From Veleropilina oligotropha (Eukaryota): 64,000 nt of DNA. Positions 62,871 through 64,000 of the stretch are shown here, piece after piece. Under the pieces are notes generated by a model. It saw only the letters and a list, made by a program, of their open reading frames with translations, had not been told where the DNA came from and did not search any database. The translations under genes were made by a program, and so were the position numbers. Location of the stretch: positions 62,001 to 126,000 of the forward strand of contig JBEUKZ010000018.1 of the NCBI GenBank assembly GCA_048128005.1. Reading direction: 5' to 3'. Each line of letters opens with the position of its first letter. The first letter of the stretch is position 1.

Positions 62871-63151
62871 TAAAATATGTTTGTTATCAATTTATTTTGC
62901 TTAATTGCGTATGAGGTTTTACGTAACAAACACTTATTATGCAAACATTTATTTGACACATTATCGGCCTAGGCCTGCCTACTACGCGGGATAAAAGTCG
63001 ATGAAACTAATTTAGTTTCATCGACTTTTATCCCGCGTAGTAGGCAGGCCTAGGCCGATAATGTGTCAAATAAATGTTTGCATAATAAGTGTTTGTTACG
63101 TAAAACCTCATACGCAATTAAGCAAAATAAATTGATAACAAACATATTTTA
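62871..63151. repeat. Perfect palindrome, 140-bp arms with 1-nt spacer (centre 63011)
   Basis: Arm-by-arm comparison shows no mismatches. Confidence 0.98.
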
Positions 63152-64000
63152 GTAATCAAAGTGCCCTAAAGCAATGCTGTAGGCCGGCCTATTAACAGAA
63201 CGCCTCTTCACATAAATATATACGACAAAAGATAAATATCTACACAATGTGAAAATGAGTTTCTATAATATTATCCCCACCAATACCTAAACGCAATCTT
63301 CACACACGTGTGAAGAATGCGTTCTGTTTATAGCGTTTATATAAATTAATATATATATAATTATGAAATATGAATCCCGACATTTTCTGAAGAACATTAA
63401 TTGTGCGCAATAATTATGTCATTGTAAAAATATATTAAGAAACAATCGACGCGTTTGGTGTCTGGTTAGTAATTAAGATACTTGTCTTTCCATTTGAAGT
63501 AATTAAATATCCTATATCAAGTATTATCTTTTTCACATACATGTATACAATGTTATAAATGAGCCCGCCGTATATCAATTACTAGTACATCTTATCAGGC
63601 GATCGACGCATTATCGCGTTTCATTACCGGCAACAAGTGCCCGCCGCATCAGCCAATCAAATCGCCTGGAGCTGTTATTACGCGATGTCAATAACACCAC
63701 GTGCTGCATTGATTTGGGGGTGGGATGAATTTGGACTTGGCTAAGAAACGTGGTTTAATCACAATATTTTGGTAAGTATTTAGAATTAAATATAATTAAT
63801 GTAAAATATATCTTGTGCGTATTGTATTTTAACATTCTGCTGAGTGATGTTTCTTTCACATTTTATCACATAACTTGACTTTTGACGTTTTGGTTTGCAC
63901 GGAGTCAACTTCAAAGTGGTGCGACAGCTTTTCTTTTGTCGTTATAAGTTACATACACGCAGGGCTCGAAAGGAATATTACAGAACATGTAATAATATTG

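Overview
This is AT-rich eukaryotic genomic DNA with spliceosomal introns; the repeat content looks invertebrate/lophotrochozoan, though that is an inference. It contains one clear protein-coding gene, a plus-strand C16orf89/UPF0764 (DUF4735) homolog. Five exons (22176-30517) can be traced with consistent phases; the 5' exon(s) were not found. The protein has an acidic extension, a transmembrane helix and a basic tail at the C-terminus. Nearly half the window is tandem repeat: 46-, 35-, 41- and 45-bp satellites plus about ten smaller arrays. The rest is decayed TEs: Tc1, CR1, Kolobok, TIR MITEs, Helentron-like HINEs and tRNA-derived SINEs. The most interesting patterns concern where arrays are born. 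Two introns of the gene begin with tandem amplifications of the preceding exon end plus its splice donor, each sealed by an in-frame stop. The 46-bp and 35-bp satellites appear to have expanded inside tRNA-SINE bodies, and the 16-bp array starts at a SINE tail. One SINE is inflated to about 9.7 kb by nested insertions. A perfect 281-bp palindrome lies at 62871-63151. The long repetitive ORFs in the ORF track are satellite artefacts.
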